Shown here in pieces: positions 59,601 through 64,000 of a stretch of DNA of 64,000 nt. The DNA is from Novakomyces olei (Eukaryota). Position 1 is the stretch's first letter. Each line of letters opens with the position of its first letter. The stretch spans positions 992,001-1,056,000 of the forward strand of contig JADEYG010000009.1 of NCBI GenBank assembly GCA_016906335.1, written 5' to 3'. The notes beneath the pieces were generated by a model. It searched no databases. It saw only the letters and a list, made by a program, of their open reading frames with translations, and had not been told where the DNA came from. A program made the translations under genes and the position numbers.

Positions 59601-61031
59601 TGCAAATCGCCTCCGGCACTAGCAAAGGCGCTCGAGGCAATTGCAAATTTGCGGACAGCTTCTGCGGTTGGCGAGTCTGGCTCACAGTTTGAGAGTGCAA
59701 TTGAGCACATTTGCTTCCTTGGCGACATAAACCAGCTGTACCGTGAATCCCTGGGCCTCTACGATTTGCCTCTGGCAGTAGCAATTGCGCAAAGGTCCCC
59801 CCTTATGGATCCAAAAGAGTATATTCCAGCGCTTGAAGAACTGCAAGCTCTCGGCCCGCTGGAGAGGCAGTTTCGGATAGACAATGACCTCGGCCGGTTC
59901 AGTAAGGCTCTGCTGGCTTTAAAGGCTGTGCCTGCCACAGAAGAAGCCTTTAACCGTCTTGTTGCCTATGTGCAATTGCACCCAGAGCTGTTTGAACAAG
60001 CACTCTCATTTTATCGTTATGGACAGGAGCAGCATACGGCTCTCATGTCCGCCTACGCTGCTGCTTTACAAGCAGACCGTAAATTTGCCTCAGCGGCTCT
60101 CGCTTTTTACTCTGTGGGCATTTACGCAAAGGCACTTGCCAACTATGAGGCTGCTGGAGACTGGCGAGCGGCCCTCTCTCTTGCCAGCCGTCTTGGCCTG
60201 CCTCACTCTGACCAGGAATCATTGGCCTCTGCACTGGCACAGGCCTGCTTTGAGCAGCAGAATTTTGTAGACGCGGCCGCAATCTACCGCGATTACTTGC
60301 ACAACTCCACGTCTGCGGCCCAGTGCCTCTGCGAGGCAGGCCGCCACGACGAAGCAGAAGCCCTTATCTTTCGGGACGCTGATAACCCTAACCCTAACCC
60401 TAACCCTCTTTATAGGTCTATTATCGTGCCGAGTGCGGTGGAAAAGTTTACCGAGGCCTCGGAGCTGCTGTCCGAGATGAGGGCTCAAATTACGTCACAG
60501 CTGAGGCGGATGCACGTTTTGCAGGAGAAGAAAGCAGCCGATCCGGCTGCTTTTATGGCCGAGGATGATGAGCAAGGCGATCACGATTCTGACGCTGTTT
60601 CTGTAGCAAGCTCAAACGTGTCCACGCTTAATACTGCGTTTACAAGGTACACGAGCATCTCTGCAAGCACTGCTGTCACTGGCGGAACCACGAAAAGATC
60701 AGCGGCAAAGAATAAAAGGAAAGAGGAGAGGAAAAAGGCTCGTGGACGTAAAGGTACCGTCTACGAGGAGCAGTACCTCGTGGCATCGCTCACGCGTCTG
60801 TGCGAAAGGCTCCGTGACGAAACTGACGCTTTACAAAGTCTGCTAAGGACTCTGATACGTGCTGGTGATTTTGTTAGAGCAAAGGCTCTGCAAAACCAGG
60901 CTCAGTCGCTGACACGAGCTGTTCAGGATTCAGTAGTGCCGATACTTGCCCCCGCAGATTCAGAGACAAGGAGCGATTATGTGTTTGTAAAGCCGTGGGA
61001 GACTATACCGATCTTGTACAGCGACGACTAG
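56609..61031 (+). CDS. ELP1: Elongator complex subunit 1 (3 exons)
   Basis: MHNISIL start, WSPDEQL, VSVGWGRAETQFRG, LSWRGDG, FFERNGLRHGEF, NYHWYLKQ, RGNLETVYPR, MDPKEYIP, RKKARGRKGTVYEEQYL. Introns ~56750-56954 and ~59155-59431. Confidence 0.96.
59160..59410. repeat. Degenerate T-rich tandem repeat filling ELP1 intron 2
   Basis: Repeated ~18-19-nt TTTTTCATTTATTATCTAT-like units. Confidence 0.8.
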
Positions 61032-61523
61032 ACCAGGATTGTAATTAACGTATTAATTATTGATTATTGATTATTGCTACAGACACCGGCATAGCACTGA
61101 CTGGTGCATGGAACCAAGTCGCTCGCCTTTACTGTGCACGCTTTCCTGCTCTACTATTTATTACTTTTGGGGTCTAAATTTAGCTGCCACCCGGTCAATA
61201 ATTGTGGACGCAGTGGCCATTGAATTGCTAAAAATGTGTTACTAGTAAAGACTCATACAATATGCTAATTGATTCAATACGATTGCCGTCAAGCTGGTCC
61301 TGTTGCAAACGACCGCAAAAGACGCTTGCAAATTTCGCCCTTTATCGTACCGTTCTGTACCAGGGAAGATCCGGTGATGTGTATTGTGAATTAAGAAAAA
61401 AATTCATTGAAAGAGTACTCTTCCACCCAAAAAAGAAGAACAGTTTTAGTATTCGATAATAAAACATTCATAAATAATTGAATAGAAATAAAACCCAATC
61501 ATCTTGATAAAAAATTAATATTA

Positions 61524-61645
61524 TAAATAATATTAGAAATAATATTAGAAATAATATTAGAAATAATATTAGAAATAATATTAGAAATAATATTAGAAAT
61601 AATATTAGAAATAATATTAGAAATAATATTAGAAATAATATTATA
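61524..61645. repeat. 12-bp tandem repeat (AATAATATTAGA) x~9
   Basis: Visible array downstream of the coiled-coil gene. Confidence 0.93.
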
Positions 61646-61677
61646 AATAATGACTAAGCAGAAGAATGAGGTGCCAA

Positions 61678-64000
61678 TCACGATAATGGAGCGTTAATTT
61701 CAGAAAGAGGATCTCTGTTTTTCAGGGGCATTAAGGCAGCATCGTCTTCGGACTCGCCAGCTTTTGCTCTTTTCCCTAATACATTGTAATTCTCCTTTCC
61801 AGCAACATTATCAGGGTTCGATTGAGTATAAACGTCAATATTCTCCTTATTATCGTGCTGCTTTTTGCCGGCCCTGGAAGACGGACTCTTGTGGACAAAA
61901 GAGCCAACCTGTCTCGACAAGTCACCCGACAATTTCTGCAATATTTCATTGTCCGTCGCGTCTCGAGCTCGAAACTTTTTGAGCTGCGCAGTTGAATGCT
62001 TTAAATGACTCTGTAAATCCGCATTTTCACGTCTTACCCGCTCTAAAACTTGTTGCAGCGAAGCTTTTTCAGAGCGAATTGCGTCCAGTGCTTCGACTAG
62101 TAGATTACTCTTTTCTTTAACGTCATTAAGCATTTCTCCACGCATTGCGTACATTTCGTTTGTGTGCTTCAATCGCATTTCAAGTAGCTCAATGTGCCCG
62201 GATTTTTCTTGCAACAAAATCAAAAGCTCTGATTCCTTTTGTGAAGCTATTGTAGAATCAGTATTGGCACTGTTTAGGGTATTACCATCCTTCCTTGATT
62301 GATCAATTTCCTGTGTCTGGCAATGCACTTCGCTTTGCGTTTCCTTTGCACCAGAATCCTGCAAAGGCTTGGCGACATTTTGAGTCTCCAGCTGCTTTAA
62401 TAAGAACGCAATTTGACTCTCAAGCGCCTTGTTCCTTTGCTGAGAATCAGAAAGGGCACATTTACACTGGTTCAGCTCGGCATTCACGTCGGAATTTTTC
62501 TGTGCCTTTAATTCCAATTCCACTGTTAAATCATTTACGCGCTGAACCGAATCCTCGTACCTTCTGGAAAGCCTTGATTGTTCTTGAGCAACGTCGATAG
62601 CGACACGGGACATGTCGGACTCTAAACTGGCAAACCTTCTCGTCAAATCTTGGGCTTCCTTGGCCTTTGTATCCAGCTGCAGAGATAATTGCTCTCTGTC
62701 CTGTCGAATTTCGGCCATCTCTTTTTCCCTTGCCGACCTTTCCTGAATCATTCTGTGACAAGAGTCTTTAATATTTCGTAATTCTGCAACTATCCGTGCT
62801 TTGCTATTTATCGTGTCTGTTAATTTACTCTGCAGCGCGAGCAAATTGCCCTCCAGAGCTCGAACTCGAGACTTTGCTGCTAAAACTGCCGCAGCAGCTT
62901 CGTGTCTCTCTTCGTCGTTCATTGCCGCATCATCACGTTCTCTTTGCAAGCACTTTCTCAAATTTTCGCACTCTGTTCGGGCCAGAGCAAGAGAAAATTT
63001 GAGAGAAGAGCATTCGTGCTCATACTGCTTCCGAGCAGTCGACTCCTGCTCAGAGTCTTTACGCAGTTTTGTTGCTTCTGCTTCTAACCCTGCCACTCGT
63101 GCATTTAATTGCTCTAACTGACCATCGCGGAACTGTGACCTAATTGCTTCTGTTACCGCTTCCCTAATCTCGGGGATTCCTGCCAGCCGAAGAAGCTGAT
63201 GCTGCGAAAGAGCTTCGCTGCCTGTTTGCATTTGGTCGGCAATAATTGCCGTGTCCTGACCGCCTTCGTAACCGGCAACAAACGTCTCATACCCTGCATG
63301 TACATGCGCAGCTGCATCTTCGTATCCCACCGCTTTACTTGCCTCGTAGTCTCCCGCTGACCATACACTGGTGGGATGCTCGTTGATGGAAAAGGGCACA
63401 AATTCTGGAGCGTTAACGTCGAGCGACAGGGATTTTGTGTGGCCTGGCTCGGGTGCTGTCTCACTGTCCGGCGCGAGAGGCAAAACGCCCAATGACGCGA
63501 GCATTTGCTCTCTGAACTGGTGCACGTGCATGTGCCAGCCTGTGCATTAGATTTGTAATTAAAAGGACGCGGCCGTATGGTACTGGCGCTTGTTGCATTC
63601 CAGCATAGACCCGTGCGTCTGTTTGATTGTTTTTTAATTGTTTTTTGTAGTTTTTGAACTGTTTTCAAACTGTTTTCAAATTATTTTTAAATAATTTTTA
63701 AATAAGTTTTAGATTGTTTTCAAATAATTTTTAAATAACTTTTAAATTGTTTTAAATAATTTTTTTCTGCAGCAGCAGTCTGTCAGTGTCATACCTAGCA
63801 AATTGGGCAGATGCACAATAGCCTCTTCCCCTCCCATCACGTGCTCTCGGCCCGGACCGTGCTCCGAGTCGGGGTCCGGTTCTTCAGAGTCCGATGGCTG
63901 CTGTATAGCGTACTCGGGCAAAGCCGTCGTGTTCGCGGCAGTATGGCTGTGCTTTACCCGCTTTGGAAGATGCACAGTGATACTGCGGTCACTGCGCTGA
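61678..64000 (-). CDS. Long coiled-coil protein with PAM2 motif and APC/C degrons (5' end outside window)
   Basis: Exon ..HLPNLLG joins via a GTATGA..CTAATGCACAG intron (~63794-63540) to WHMHVHQF. Contains SLSLDVNAPEFVPFS, ~400 aa of heptads, two KEN motifs and RDPLSEIN. Confidence 0.75.

Noticed and set aside
60384-60407. (AACCCT)4 as a telomere or fusion scar
   Set aside because: Lies in frame within the ELP1 exon encoding NPNP and is best explained as coding slippage.

Overview
Gene-dense, intron-containing fungal (ascomycete) nuclear DNA with short GT-AG introns and CTAAC/CTGAC branch points, carrying about 23 protein-coding genes and many simple-sequence repeats. No rRNA, tRNA, CRISPR array or intact transposon was seen. 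ADH1 and RNase III sequence features resemble fission-yeast proteins, so an early-diverging ascomycete (Taphrinomycotina-like) is inferred, not proven. Housekeeping genes: MEF2, VPS17, cyclin L, CSN6, Sld7-like, IFRD, TMEM234, PHO89, Gig2/DUF1479, LEM/Man1-Src1, WKF protein, IDP, ADH1, TGL3-like, ASNSD1, FAT1, SSD1, ELP1. Main highlights: (1) a HAC1/XBP1-type bZIP gene with a visible 59-nt Ire1-type unconventional intron (two CNG|CAG 7-nt-loop hairpins) that swaps a hydrophobic C-terminus for an acidic one; (2) a tandem minus-strand pair made of a Pac1/Rnt1-like RNase III with a substituted active site (including E->K) and a spliced orphan gene with a Cys4 zinc ribbon and a possible retroelement ORF1/gag-like C-terminus; (3) a candidate intronic H/ACA snoRNA; (4) an IDP gene with signals for several compartments. 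Exon boundaries were read by eye and are approximate where stated.
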